Origin: Candidatus Bathyarchaeota archaeon
Lineage (GTDB): Archaea; Thermoproteota; Bathyarchaeia; Bathyarchaeales; Bathycorpusculaceae
NCBI GenBank assembly: GCA_963707955.1
Contig: OY970176.1
Location: forward strand, 320,001 to 384,000
Direction of reading: 5' to 3'
DNA length: 64,000 nucleotides
Numbering within the stretch: position 1 is the first letter of the stretch; every line of letters starts with the position of its first letter. Both the position numbers and the translations under genes were made by a program. Positions 19,733 through 30,223 of the stretch are shown piece after piece. The notes under the pieces are model-generated. The model did not search any database. It was not told the DNA's origin and saw only the letters and a program-made list of their open reading frames with translations.

Positions 19733-20806
19733 TTAGAGGCCGAAGCTGTTGATCACTCTGCCAGAGTTGGCGTCAATGACCAACACGATTTTGTTCCCCT
19801 TGTGGTCGTACTTTGCGAACCATACTGGAGCGTGCAGTAGCTCCACGTCCCCAACGTCCGACTCGGTGTTTATCGACTGGATCATGTGATATTTCGCGTG
19901 CGCCTTTTGTGATTGGAGCTGATCGACCAGGGTCTTTGCCTGGGATTTGGCAACGTCTTCGCCGATGTCTCCGTTGAGGATCTTAACGTCTTTGGGTAAC
20001 TTGGAAATGTCAAACAGTGCTCTGCCTTCGAGATTGAATTGGTAGTCCCGCGGCTGATAGTCCGTGAGAGCCTTTAGCGCAATTACGGGGAAGTTGTAGT
20101 TCGTGTCCATTTGCTCGGTCTTTTTCATTCCGCCTCTGCCCATCCCCATTCCAAAAGCCATTATCCGTATCCGCTTCAACCCAAGAACACCGGTCAACAG
20201 GCCGCCTGTTCCAAATCCACCTTCAAAAGCGCGCCTGCCTCCTCCTCCGAAACCACCTCGCCTTCCTCCGCCGAAACCACCGCCCATCCCGCCGAATATC
20301 ACGCCCATCAACGCGGCAGTTGTAGCAGTCTGGGCAATTTGCGCGGTTTCATCAGTAGCGGTGATGCTCGTGCGGGCCGAGACGCTCACGATCCAGTAAG
20401 GCACGTATGTGAGGCTCATTTCCTCCTGCTTGGAGTCTTCGTGAAGGTGTCTGTGCAGAAGACCCTTATCCATCATCGGCGTAATTATTTTATTCACTTC
20501 GTCAACGCTGGCGACCTTCAAAAGAAGCATTGTCTGCTTCTGTATGTCAGTCCAACCTTGGGTTCCCAGAGTAACTGCGCTGCCACAATACTCGCAGGTT
20601 ATGACCATCTCTCCAAACTTGGGCGCGATAGGAGCACCGCAACTCGGACATTTCAACGATGCTACCCCAGAAGGCGCAACAACAGGCGAAACCGAAGCTA
20701 CAGCTGCTTTAGGCGTAGTTAATGTTGTGCTTGTTCCACATTTTTCACAGAACGCTGCATCATCTGGAATCTGAGCACCACAATTGTGACAAATCAAATT
20801 TTTCAC
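19733..20806 (-). CDS. Zinc-ribbon domain protein with Gly/Arg-rich insert
   Basis: CHNCG..FCEKCG, CPSCG..CEYCG, YVPYW, GGFGGGRRGG tract, LVIDANSG. Confidence 0.8.
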   Translation of the reverse strand: MKNLICHNCGAQIPDDAAFCEKCGTSTTLTTPKAAVASVSPVVAPSGVASLKCPSCGAPIAPKFGEMVITCEYCGSAVTLGTQGWTDIQKQTMLLLKVASVDEVNKIITPMMDKGLLHRHLHEDSKQEEMSLTYVPYWIVSVSARTSITATDETAQIAQTATTAALMGVIFGGMGGGFGGGRRGGFGGGGRRAFEGGFGTGGLLTGVLGLKRIRIMAFGMGMGRGGMKKTEQMDTNYNFPVIALKALTDYQPRDYQFNLEGRALFDISKLPKDVKILNGDIGEDVAKSQAKTLVDQLQSQKAHAKYHMIQSINTESDVGDVELLHAPVWFAKYDHKGNKIVLVIDANSGRVINSFGL

Positions 20807-20889
20807 CGAATTCTTATAGAAACAGTTATTTTGCTTTCTCTTAAATTTTCCTAATAACTAAGCTAAATTCTTTCATGATAAATAAACAA

Positions 20890-21235
20890 TAGACCTTAGT
20901 TCTAATTAGGTTTTTGGCTGTGAAACGAAGTTTTTATTAGGTTATAGGTTAAATATTTTGTTTTTGAGCTGTTTGCGTGATGAACTATGACGGATTATCT
21001 AAAAAACCTTCGATTTTCAGGTATTTTTCAGGATCAGAATTGACCGAATTTGACGCCTTAAACTTGAAGATAACAGAGCGCGCGCTATTGTTGGAATCTA
21101 GAGGACCAAACGACATCCAGCGATCCTTGTTTTCCGGACGCAGAAGTGTATAAGTCAAGTATCTTGCCTTTGACATGTTTGAGAGGAAAACTCTGGGTTT
21201 AAATAGCCAAAAACCGAAACCCTTCTTAAGGCTCG
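20890..21235 (+). mobile_element. Degenerate, internally deleted IS remnant (IS5-like/DDE_Tnp_4 N-terminus)
   Basis: ORF 20980..21153 MNYDGLSKKPSIFRYFSGSELTEFDALNLKI resembles from memory archaeal IS5-type transposase N-termini (YxxLSxKPxxFxxFTGLxxxEFD). Inverted repeat ggtttttggct (20909-20919) / agccaaaaacc (21205-21215); AT-rich left end. Confidence 0.55.
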
Positions 21236-21257
21236 AATCACGTCGTAGCCGAAGTGT

Positions 21258-22211
21258 TTGACGAAGAGGCCTGAAGTCTTGAAGGAATACCTAATCGGAG
21301 CCGGCGGATGGGCTTATTTTCAAGTTCCAGGAGTCAACTCCTTAGGAGCGTATTCTAAGGTTTTCAACTTTGTGGAAGTAAACTCGACGTTCTACCAGAT
21401 ACCTCCCTTGAATGAAGTGGAAAAGTGGAGAAGGCTGGTGCCGCCAGATTTTCAATTCAGCGTCAGAGCGCATCGCTCAATCACCCACACCTACAAGTTC
21501 CAACCCGTACAACAGGCCATTGAAACTCTTGAAAAAATGAGAAAGATATGTCAGGTTCTAAAAGCGAATATCCTACACTTTCAAGTTCCGCGATCATTCA
21601 GGCTGAATCGAGCATCAGTTAAAGACCTTCGTCTCCTCTTGTACTCACTGGACCTTGGGAACGTGCGAGTGGCCCTCGAAGCAAGACAAGCAGCTGGTCA
21701 AGTGCTGCCACCGGAACTCTTGAAGATCATGCAAGACAAGAACATCGTACACTGTGTGGATTTGTCGAAAGGCGAGGAACCCGCTTACGAGTCAGACCTA
21801 CTGTACACCAGACTCTTCGGAAAGGGGCAACACAACATTTACCAGCCAACGGATGGAGAACTGGTCGAAATAGATCGGAGGGCCTCCGCGTCAAAGTCCC
21901 AGAAAGTGGCCATGAGCTTTCATTTTGTAAGAATGTACAAAGACGCTGTAAGGTTGAAGAAGTACAAGCAGACGGGCAAGTTTCCGATGATCACAAGGTC
22001 AACGGGCATCTCTTCCCTTGAAGAGGTTCTTAGAGAAGACGCAGAATTTCCTGCCACGAAACAACAGCTTATCCGCAAGCAAGGATGGAAACTCTTCGAC
22101 ATGACAGAAACGGTAAGAGCCCACGCAGAGGAAGCCCTCCAAGAACTTCCTGAAGGGACCTACAACAACATCGCTGAAGTGATGGACAAATTAGAACATA
22201 TCACCCGGTGA
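21258..22211 (+). CDS. DUF72 family protein with C-terminal DUF2795-like domain
   Basis: IGAGGW, FNFVEVNSTFY, FSVRAHRSITH; C-terminal LEEVL..AEFPATKQQL...LPEGTY. Confidence 0.85.
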   Translation: MTKRPEVLKEYLIGAGGWAYFQVPGVNSLGAYSKVFNFVEVNSTFYQIPPLNEVEKWRRLVPPDFQFSVRAHRSITHTYKFQPVQQAIETLEKMRKICQVLKANILHFQVPRSFRLNRASVKDLRLLLYSLDLGNVRVALEARQAAGQVLPPELLKIMQDKNIVHCVDLSKGEEPAYESDLLYTRLFGKGQHNIYQPTDGELVEIDRRASASKSQKVAMSFHFVRMYKDAVRLKKYKQTGKFPMITRSTGISSLEEVLREDAEFPATKQQLIRKQGWKLFDMTETVRAHAEEALQELPEGTYNNIAEVMDKLEHITR

Positions 22212-23399
22212 TCAGCTTGGCTGAAATCTCCAAAAAAGTTTTCTTGGGCACATCCGGATGGAGCTACAAGGAATGGATAGGCCCTTTCTACACCAAAATG
22301 GACAAGAGCATGCTCCGCGCCTACACAAGAGTCTTCAAGACCGTTGAGATCGACTCCACATTCTACCGCTATCCTTCAAAAGGCACCGGCATGGGTTGGA
22401 CCAGATACTCACCCGAAGGCTTCGTCTACACAGCCAAACTGCCGGGTCTAATCACACATGAGAAGAAACTCGAGCTTGCACGAGACATTGAGGAAGATCT
22501 GCAGAGATTCCTAGAACTAATGGAACCGCTCTCCCTAAGCGGCAAACTAGGCTGCATACTTATCCAACTCCCTCCAAGGTTTGACTACAGGCCAAAGCAG
22601 CTGGAAGACTTCTTCAAATTGCTACCTACCCACGTGAAATTCGCAGTCGAGTTCCGAGACCTCTCATGGATGCGAAGCGAAACATGGGCCCTCCTCGAGA
22701 AATACAAGGTAGCATACACAATCGTCGATGAACCACTTTTACCTCCAGAGACGCACTTGACATCTCAGATCGCCTATTTCCGGTGGCACGGACAAGGAAC
22801 GAGACCATGGTACAACTACTGCTATCGCGCCGAAGAGCTTCGGCCTTGGGCTCCCAGAGTTCAACAAGTTGCTGACAAGGTCGAAAAAGTCTACGGTTAC
22901 TTCAACAACCATTATCATGGTTACGCAGTTGAGAACTGTCTGCAAATAATGGAAATGGTTGGAGCTCTAGAGCCAAAGCAAATCGAAATCAAAAACAGGA
23001 TAGAAAGCTACCGCAAAGCTGCAACTCAGACGACTTATTCCACTCTTGAAGCCTTTGCTGCACCCAAGAGCATGAATTTTGAGAGTCTTATAAGCTACTT
23101 CGTTCCTCCAGAAAGGTTGAAGAGAGCTGAACAGATCCCGGACAGCGACCTGACTTACCAAGCAGGTAAGTGAAAGGCTTGAAGCGAGATTGAGAGAATA
23201 TCACATAGTGATAGACGCAAGACAAAAGATCATCCTTCATGACTGGGCAGACTGGGAACGAGTCTCTTCAACAAAAAAACTCTGCAAGCACCTCGCAAAA
23301 CTGCTATTGTCAATTGACAGAGAACAAGCTAATGGGATACTCAGAGATCTTTACCAACAGGAAGAAGCATGGCAGTTCAAACCTTACCAATTTAGATGA
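22208..23399 (+). CDS. DUF72 family protein with C-terminal SWIM-like domain; frameshift at about 23155
   Basis: GTSGWSY, VEIDSTFY, LIQLPP, AVEFR, YFRWHG, YFNNH; downstream frame HDWADW...LCKH. Confidence 0.85.
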
Positions 23400-23686
23400 C
23401 AAAACATCCTTTTCACCGATCCTGTCTTTCTGTAAACCCTAAATGTTGGTTTTGCGCGCGTAATGCCACTCCTCAGCTCAATGCCCGATCACCATATCCA
23501 ACCTGCTCAAGTGTCAGTCCAAACTCCTAGACGAAGCACGTTAGAAAATCTTGCGATGGAAAAAACCTAGTTAAGAGGCGTCCATGTGCTAGTGGGCCCG
23601 CGGCGCATGGCTCAGCTCCCACGCCGAGAACCGCATTTTGCTAACCTTCATCCTTCAAAGAGACTATAAAAAAAGGGGTTTGACTG

Positions 23687-23926
23687 CTACTTCGCGTCCT
23701 CCGAAGACATCAATGTGAGCGTGGCCCTGACGTTGTTCACTTTTCTGATGCGAACGGTCACAATCTCCTTGAGCCTGTCCATAGTTTCCGCCTTCACCTT
23801 CGCAACTATGTCATAAGTCCCGTAGACAGCAAAGACCTCATCTACACCCTCGACCTTCTTCAAATCCTTCAAAACATCCGTTTCAGACCCTAGCTCCGTG
23901 TTGATCAAGACGAAAGCCGTTGGCAT
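23687..23926 (-). CDS. Stand-alone Lrp/AsnC ligand-binding (RAM) domain protein
   Basis: AFVLIN...VYGTYDIVAKV...IRKVNNVRATLTL; followed by a T-run on the minus strand. Confidence 0.9.
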   Translation of the reverse strand: MPTAFVLINTELGSETDVLKDLKKVEGVDEVFAVYGTYDIVAKVKAETMDRLKEIVTVRIRKVNNVRATLTLMSSEDAK

Positions 23927-24037
23927 CCAAACTTCCCCTTGTCTACTGTCTGCGTGTCAGAATAAAATATTTGCTCCTTATATAAATGGTGACCACAAGC
24001 CTTCAAGAGTCATGGCATGGTGATAGATTTCCACGGA

Positions 24038-25375
24038 CTAAACCTTGTACTCCTTTCCTTTCTCAGGCAGCACCACTTTACCCGTAAGGTCTCGCGTGAA
24101 CTTGCCGAACAGCTCAGCGTTCTCCGTATGAATTGGGAAAACCTTCACTGCATCAATCTCCTTAAGAATCGATTTCAGCTGCAACGGCATGATGTGACCC
24201 GAAACGTAAACCTGATACTGTGGCAGACCATAATGTCCAAGCCAGTTGACAAGCCTCTCAAAATCGATCTCCATCTCCTCATTAAACGGTTCCGATGCAG
24301 ACAAAACATAACAGTCTCCCGGCCTCTGGTCGCAGCTCAACCAACTCCTCCAAATCATAGGATGACAATGCCAACACAACCCTACACTGCTGCTTCGAAA
24401 GATCGAAGGCACTCTTCGCCTTGCCACCGTACCGTTCTAGGATCTGCTTTTCCCACGCGTAGCTTGTGACCTTTGATTTTCGAAAAATCAACAGTTCTCA
24501 TCGTTCAAGTCTGGAAGGCTCAGGCCCCTGTCAGCGCGGAGAGCGTTCAACAAGGATGCTTGCCTAAGTGAGATCGCAAGACAACGCCCGTTGTTCTTGG
24601 CAACTCGGAAGAAACTGTTAAAACGGTCCACATCTCCATAAGCAAACTCTGCAAGCGCAATCCCATTTGCCTCTTCGACGATGGCGTTCAGCTTGTTTTC
24701 AACTTCATCTTCCGAAGACACGTGTGCACTGGTCATGTTCGTGGCTTCTGTGACAACTGCCACAGGGTCCGCTTCACTTGCTTTCCGAGCAAAATCATCT
24801 GTCATCTCACGTTTCGCGCCATGATGCCTGAAATCTCCCGTGTAAACTATCGCACCACTTGACGTGTGAACAACGAAACCATAAGCGCCTGGAACAGAAT
24901 GATCGACGTGAACCGGCTCGACCTCTACATTTCCAACATGGATCTTGTCGCCTGTCCTGAAGGGTCTGAAGTTCAACCCCTCGATGTTAAACTCCAAATC
25001 CGCTCGGCGCATCTTGCTCAGCGCTTGCAGGATGATCCTTGTTGTCTCGCCGCAGTAAACTGGGATCTCACGTTTGATAAAGGAGAGGTAAGCGGAGTGA
25101 TCTAAGTGTGCGTGAGACACGAAGACGGCGTCCACTTCCGGAGCCTTCTCATCGAACCTATAGACTCCATCAAGTTTGGGCAGGATTCCAAATTCCTGCA
25201 AGCTTCTTTCGCTCTTGGGAGACAAGAAAGGTGGTGAATAGAACAGTTTTTTCATGCTGAACGACATGCCGAAGTCGAAGAAAATCCTGGTTTCTCCATC
25301 CTTGACTAGAATCTTGTTCCCGCCGATCTCGTTCACTCCACCGTAAAAGGCCAAAGTCGTTTCACGCTTGACCAT
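24038..25375 (-). CDS. MBL-fold metallohydrolase (RNase J-like), with two frameshifts (about 24490 and 24318)
   Basis: GGVNEIGGNKI, SHAHLDH, VDHSVPG, YTGDFR; C-terminal VSGH and PIHTE in downstream frames. Confidence 0.85.
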
Positions 25376-25377
25376 GC

Positions 25378-27084
25378 CTACGCCTTCATCTTGTCTGCTT
25401 TCCTGCAGACGCTTGAGAGAATAAACATTATGTGCGGAAAAGTGAACACGCTGAAAACCTTCGTGTACTTTGGGCTGCCAGCTTTCCTGACAGTGACAAC
25501 GTTTCCTCCGCCATCCAAATATCCCCTGATAAAAGTCTCAGCGAACTTCTCCAGCCTTCTAGCTTCAACGAACGGAGAAATGTTATGTCCTGAATAGTAG
25601 AGGAATTCGGCAAGGTCCCAAACCGCGTCTCCGTTTCGACTTGCCTGCTCAAAATCCATCAGGCATATTTGACCTTCCTTTCCAATGAGGACATTCTCAG
25701 GTTTCGTGTCACCCAGCGCAATACCCAGAGCATGCACACCTGCAAGCGTTTTCCCAATTCTTGCGACCACATCTAGATCTTTCGCAACCTCATCAGAATT
25801 CGTCGAACTCGCAACCTCCTTCACGACCCTTCCAACATCCTCTCCTTCGAAATACTCCATGACTATCAACCGGTCGCCAGGACTCACGTGCAGAACTTTA
25901 GGGACGACGAAACCGTTTGAATCCAACAATCGACTGATAGCGCATTCCCTTTCGAGTCTTGAGCTGCCTGAAACCGCGAAGGTTCGCGTCCCAACAGACC
26001 ACAACGTGAGAGGAAACCATTTGAAATTCGACCAGTCCCTGAATCGCTTGACGACTGCTTTCCTAAGCTTGCCTCCAGCAAGCGTCTTTACCAGATAAAC
26101 ATCGTTCAGGATGCCACCCATATTCTCAACCATGACCTCGGCATTCGCATCAGCTGAAAACACTTTTCTGGCGACTGCTTCTATGTCTAATCTGCTCGCG
26201 AGCGGCACTAAACCGGTTGCCGTCGGAACATAAACGTAGTTCTCAGGATCCTCGAACCTCTGCCAAATCCTTGAATCCTCACCGAAAGCCCTCTGAATGC
26301 CAGAGAAAAGCTCCCTGTTCTGTGAAAGCGCGTTCATAATCTGCGGGAAGAGACCGAGCAAGGACGTAAATAAAGCTCTTTGGCCTGTCTTGAAAAGGTC
26401 GGTAAAACGTACCCTGCGACTTCGCGAATCGTCGACAAACTTCTTTGAAATTCTCACGTAGCCTTTCGAGTGGTAAACTATGCCGTCTTCTTCAAGCTGC
26501 TTCAATGCTTCGACAAAACCGTGAAGAGAGCACTCCACACCCATTTCACCATCCTTTTTTCCTAGGAGACTCGTCAGGGCATACATTGTCGGTGGAAAAA
26601 GTCGGCCTCTCATCAACAGGGTTTCATACATGAAATACTCTGGTTTAATGTGCAATTCGTACGAGAGTTCTGGGAAATCGATAACCAGACTCTGCAAAAG
26701 TTCGGCAACCAAGCGTTTCTTCAACTTTACCTCCTGCGAGTGCAAGTACGGCTCATTCACTAAGGTTGCATATGGGAAGGTAAGTGCACCGGCCAAAGCT
26801 TCGCCCAGCAATCCCTTGTCTACGTCTCTTTCAAAAACCCACTTGTCAACTGCTGAAACGGTAACGTAGCTTGCACCCAGAACCTTGACGTAATTCATCA
26901 GCCTCGGCTGAAAACCGCGTAGAATGACTAGCACCTGAAGAACCGTTTTCGTCGTGGGCAATGGTGAGGCGTAATCGCTTCTTGCACAAGCGGCAATAAC
27001 GTGTGAAGAGCCTGCGACATGTCTGCAAAAGTCGAGAACTTCTTCAGTCAGTTTCGGATCTGGGTGCAATGTGCCCTGAACCAA
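25378..27084 (-). CDS. Protein with a possible degenerate nucleotidyltransferase-like N-terminus and C-terminal protein-kinase-like (Bud32/RIO/Kdo-type) domain
   Basis: GGILNDVY, VVKRF, VMEY, LGDTKPENVL, MDFEQA, WDLAEFLYY. Confidence 0.75.
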   Translation of the reverse strand: MVQGTLHPDPKLTEEVLDFCRHVAGSSHVIAACARSDYASPLPTTKTVLQVLVILRGFQPRLMNYVKVLGASYVTVSAVDKWVFERDVDKGLLGEALAGALTFPYATLVNEPYLHSQEVKLKKRLVAELLQSLVIDFPELSYELHIKPEYFMYETLLMRGRLFPPTMYALTSLLGKKDGEMGVECSLHGFVEALKQLEEDGIVYHSKGYVRISKKFVDDSRSRRVRFTDLFKTGQRALFTSLLGLFPQIMNALSQNRELFSGIQRAFGEDSRIWQRFEDPENYVYVPTATGLVPLASRLDIEAVARKVFSADANAEVMVENMGGILNDVYLVKTLAGGKLRKAVVKRFRDWSNFKWFPLTLWSVGTRTFAVSGSSRLERECAISRLLDSNGFVVPKVLHVSPGDRLIVMEYFEGEDVGRVVKEVASSTNSDEVAKDLDVVARIGKTLAGVHALGIALGDTKPENVLIGKEGQICLMDFEQASRNGDAVWDLAEFLYYSGHNISPFVEARRLEKFAETFIRGYLDGGGNVVTVRKAGSPKYTKVFSVFTFPHIMFILSSVCRKADKMKA

Positions 27085-27190
27085 CTTTTCACCCTGAACG
27101 AGGACTATGATCTCAAGTACAATCTAAGTCTCTACGAGATATATTTGATGCATCCAACTTCACCCAAAGAAACCGCGTCAACAATGAGAC

Positions 27191-28552
27191 CTAATCCTTT
27201 CTTTCACGAATCATTGCGTAAGCTCTCAACACTCGCATTGCCCTCGCCGCTTTCTCGGGCAGATTATACAGCGGAACACTTGACCGACCCAGCACCTCAA
27301 ACACTTTTGCGAAATCCTCTCCGCCAGCTGGAACATCCACAACTGGTTTGCGAGGAAACCTTGAGGCTATTCTTGGAATTACCCTAGAGTCCTTCGGTTC
27401 AAAGAACGTAGATTTGAGCATATTGATCACTAGCACGCCGTCCACGTTCTTGTCCGCAAGTATAAGCTCGAGCACCTTCTTGTATCTTTCAGCCTTTGCA
27501 TCAGCAATCAAGTCTATAGGATTGCGGGCGTCCACCCCTGGATATAGACGCTCGATTTCCTTCTTTGTCCCAGAAGACAAGTCTGCAAGCTTCAGACCGT
27601 TCCTTTCAACTGCGTCCGCCGCCAGTATGGCCGGCCCTCCAACGTTACTCACGATTGCCACGTTGTCTCCGAGCATCGGTGGCTGTTTAGACAGCGCAAT
27701 GGCCATGTCCATAAGTTCCTCGATGTTTTCCACCCTGATTACACCTGCTTTCTTGAAAGCGGCATCAAAAACCTCGTTTGACCCGGCTATTGAAGCCGTG
27801 TGCGATTTTGCCCTCTGCGCCGACTCACGGGTGACTCCCCCTTTGAGAACCAAAATGGGCTTTCGCTTTACGATCCTTCTCGCCTCGTCAATGAATTCTC
27901 TGCCGTTCTTGACCCCTTCCATGTAGAGACATATCACTTTCGTTTTCCTGTCCTTTTTGAGATACCGCAGCAAATCAACGTCATTCACGTCAACCTTGTC
28001 GCCTACAAAAGCAAATTTGCTGATTCCGACGTTGAAGAAGCATGCCCAGTCGAGCAGGCAGGCGCCGACCCCGCCGCTCTGGGATATGACTGCGATGCTA
28101 CCCTTTTCGGGCATGAGGTCTATTTCAAAGGTCGTGTTCAATCCGTTGGCAGTGTTCAGTGCACCCATAATCGTGTTTGGGCCGAGGATTCTGGTGCCAT
28201 ACTTCTCCTTAAGTCTTAGAAGACTGGCGCGCTGATTTTCTTTGTAGCCACCAGTGATCATGACAAGGGCTTTGACACCTACCTTGGCGCACTCAACTGC
28301 TTGGGCGACCGAAAGTTCGGGTGGAAGCATTATAACTGCAAGGTCAGGTACTTCTGGCAGCTTGATGAGGTTCTTGTAGCCAGCTCGGCCATCGATGTCT
28401 ACGACATAGGCTTTATTGCGGTAGAACCTCTTCATGTTGTACGTAACATTGCCGAAGAGCTGAGGTGAGGTCATCCCGACCTTTTCTCGAATCTTGCTGG
28501 AGCCTATCAGTACGGCCGATTTCGGCTCAAAGATGGCGTCGACTTTGTCCAT
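27191..28552 (-). CDS. Acyl-CoA synthetase (ADP-forming) alpha subunit / CoA-binding protein
   Basis: RILGPNT, ISQSGG, LYMEG, AKSHTASIAGS (phospho-His), NVGGPAILAAD, NPIDL. Confidence 0.88.
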   Translation of the reverse strand: MDKVDAIFEPKSAVLIGSSKIREKVGMTSPQLFGNVTYNMKRFYRNKAYVVDIDGRAGYKNLIKLPEVPDLAVIMLPPELSVAQAVECAKVGVKALVMITGGYKENQRASLLRLKEKYGTRILGPNTIMGALNTANGLNTTFEIDLMPEKGSIAVISQSGGVGACLLDWACFFNVGISKFAFVGDKVDVNDVDLLRYLKKDRKTKVICLYMEGVKNGREFIDEARRIVKRKPILVLKGGVTRESAQRAKSHTASIAGSNEVFDAAFKKAGVIRVENIEELMDMAIALSKQPPMLGDNVAIVSNVGGPAILAADAVERNGLKLADLSSGTKKEIERLYPGVDARNPIDLIADAKAERYKKVLELILADKNVDGVLVINMLKSTFFEPKDSRVIPRIASRFPRKPVVDVPAGGEDFAKVFEVLGRSSVPLYNLPEKAARAMRVLRAYAMIRERKD

Positions 28553-28677
28553 GGGTGTACCCTTCAGACCGAAGGTTCAAGGGTAGAAGGAAACAAGATA
28601 TGTTGTCCGTATTCATAAACCTAACCATGGAAAGCATGCTTGAATGTTACTATGCGCGCTCTATTATTCCTTAATAA

Positions 28678-29448
28678 TCAAGCGTTTCGTGTGAGAATTC
28701 TCGTATAAGCGAAAGCTGCGGTGAAGGTAAAAATAGCGGAGAAGGCTGCAATGTACAAAATAGAAAGATAGGAGAAGGAGAAAAACTTCGGCAACAACAT
28801 AGATCGTATCATGTCAGAAGCTCCGCTTAAGGGATTAATCTCAGCCAACGTGGCCAATGCTGGTCCCGCACTTTGAATTACCGTAAGTGGATAGAAAACT
28901 GTGCTACAGAAGAAAAGTACGTAGTAAACCGCCCCTCTTGCAGTTATAAATTTTTCAAGGCTCGACGTAGAAACGGCGATAGAAATGCTTAAGCCAGAAA
29001 TTCCGACCGCCAGCAGAAAAAGCACAGCCAAGATCAAAAACAACTGCCCTACTGTGGGAAAGCCCACGAAAATGAAACACGTCAGCAGGAGTGGCGACAT
29101 ATACATCATTCCCCTGAGCCCGCCTGAAAGAACCCGTCCGATAGCCAGTTCCAACCGTGTCATCGGCAAGCTCAGCATGTAGTGGTGCACTTCTCTTCGA
29201 CGTTCCATGTTGACTTCGCGTCCAATCATGAAGGCTGAGGCGAAGAGCCCGGTCACGGCCAAACCTGGCGCGAAGAAATTGAAGTAACTGCCAATTGCTA
29301 AGTGAACGCTTTGCTTCAAAATGGTGTTATAGACTAGTGCCGATACGAATAGGTCAGCAAGGTTCATACTGATTAAGCCCACAAGCCACCATTTGTAACG
29401 GAAGAAGTTCCTGAAGTCGTGCTCAACCATCCGAATAATGCCTTTCAT
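28678..29448 (-). CDS. ABC-2 type transporter permease
   Basis: Six TM helices, FFAPG, LSLPMTR, INPLS. Confidence 0.88.
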   Translation of the reverse strand: MKGIIRMVEHDFRNFFRYKWWLVGLISMNLADLFVSALVYNTILKQSVHLAIGSYFNFFAPGLAVTGLFASAFMIGREVNMERRREVHHYMLSLPMTRLELAIGRVLSGGLRGMMYMSPLLLTCFIFVGFPTVGQLFLILAVLFLLAVGISGLSISIAVSTSSLEKFITARGAVYYVLFFCSTVFYPLTVIQSAGPALATLAEINPLSGASDMIRSMLLPKFFSFSYLSILYIAAFSAIFTFTAAFAYTRILTRNA

Positions 29449-30216
29449 CTATCGCCAGCCTCCCCCTTCAATCATCCTTTCGTAGATCGCAATGCCTAGA
29501 AAACTAAAAAGTCCGAAAAAAGCGACGATTCCCAAGAGAGGAAGCAAAGGGTTCTGGACGTATATTATTTTTTCTAGGCCAGTGCCCCATCTGAAAAGAT
29601 CTGCGGCATACGTGAGAGGGTTGAGGTTCGCGGTCCAACCATAGATTGGGTTAGTCTGCTGTATGACATACGCTGGGTACATGGTCGTGCTCAAGCGGAC
29701 GATAAACGCATCTAGGACTCCCATGAGAATATCGAACCGATCGCTCGATTTAATCAATACGGCTATTGCAATTGACATACCTGAAATCCCAAATGAGAAG
29801 AGGAAAAGTGCAAACAAGGCAATTGCAAAACTCAATGGGTTGACAGCGCCAATCACAAACAGCGATACTGCTACGAGCGGTCCAACGTATATGAATGCTC
29901 TGAGTCCTCCACCTATTGATCTTCCTATGACGAGTTGCCTTCTAGAGACGGGGAGGCTTAGAAGATATTCAAAAACGCCGTGCTCGGCTTCCTCATAAAT
30001 GTCGAAGCCGATGAATATAGCGGTTGAATAGAGGGTCATTACAGACAGCCCTCCTACATAATATTGGAAGTAATCTGGAACGTTCACCATATTTGCGGCG
30101 ATCAGCCCAAACAGAAGGACTTGTGAAACGAACCAGATAGCGCGCATTATGATTAAGAACTTGTACTGGAAGAAGAGGCGAACATCTCTCTCGATCACGT
30201 AGAGAGTTTTATTCGT
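29449..30216 (-). CDS. ABC-2 type transporter permease (start at GTG 30198 or ACG 30216)
   Basis: Paralogue of the neighbouring permease; LSLPVSR, LNPLTY. Confidence 0.85.
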   Translation of the reverse strand, partial: TNKTLYVIERDVRLFFQYKFLIIMRAIWFVSQVLLFGLIAANMVNVPDYFQYYVGGLSVMTLYSTAIFIGFDIYEEAEHGVFEYLLSLPVSRRQLVIGRSIGGGLRAFIYVGPLVAVSLFVIGAVNPLSFAIALFALFLFSFGISGMSIAIAVLIKSSDRFDILMGVLDAFIVRLSTTMYPAYVIQQTNPIYGWTANLNPLTYAADLFRWGTGLEKIIYVQNPLLPLLGIVAFFGLFSFLGIAIYERMIEGGGWR

Positions 30217-30223
30217 CTACGAT

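Noticed and set aside
23585-23610. tagtgggcccgcggcg resembles the reverse complement of a tRNA 3' end or att site
   Set aside because: No T-loop (GTTCRA) or cloverleaf can be built, and there is no partner repeat in the window.
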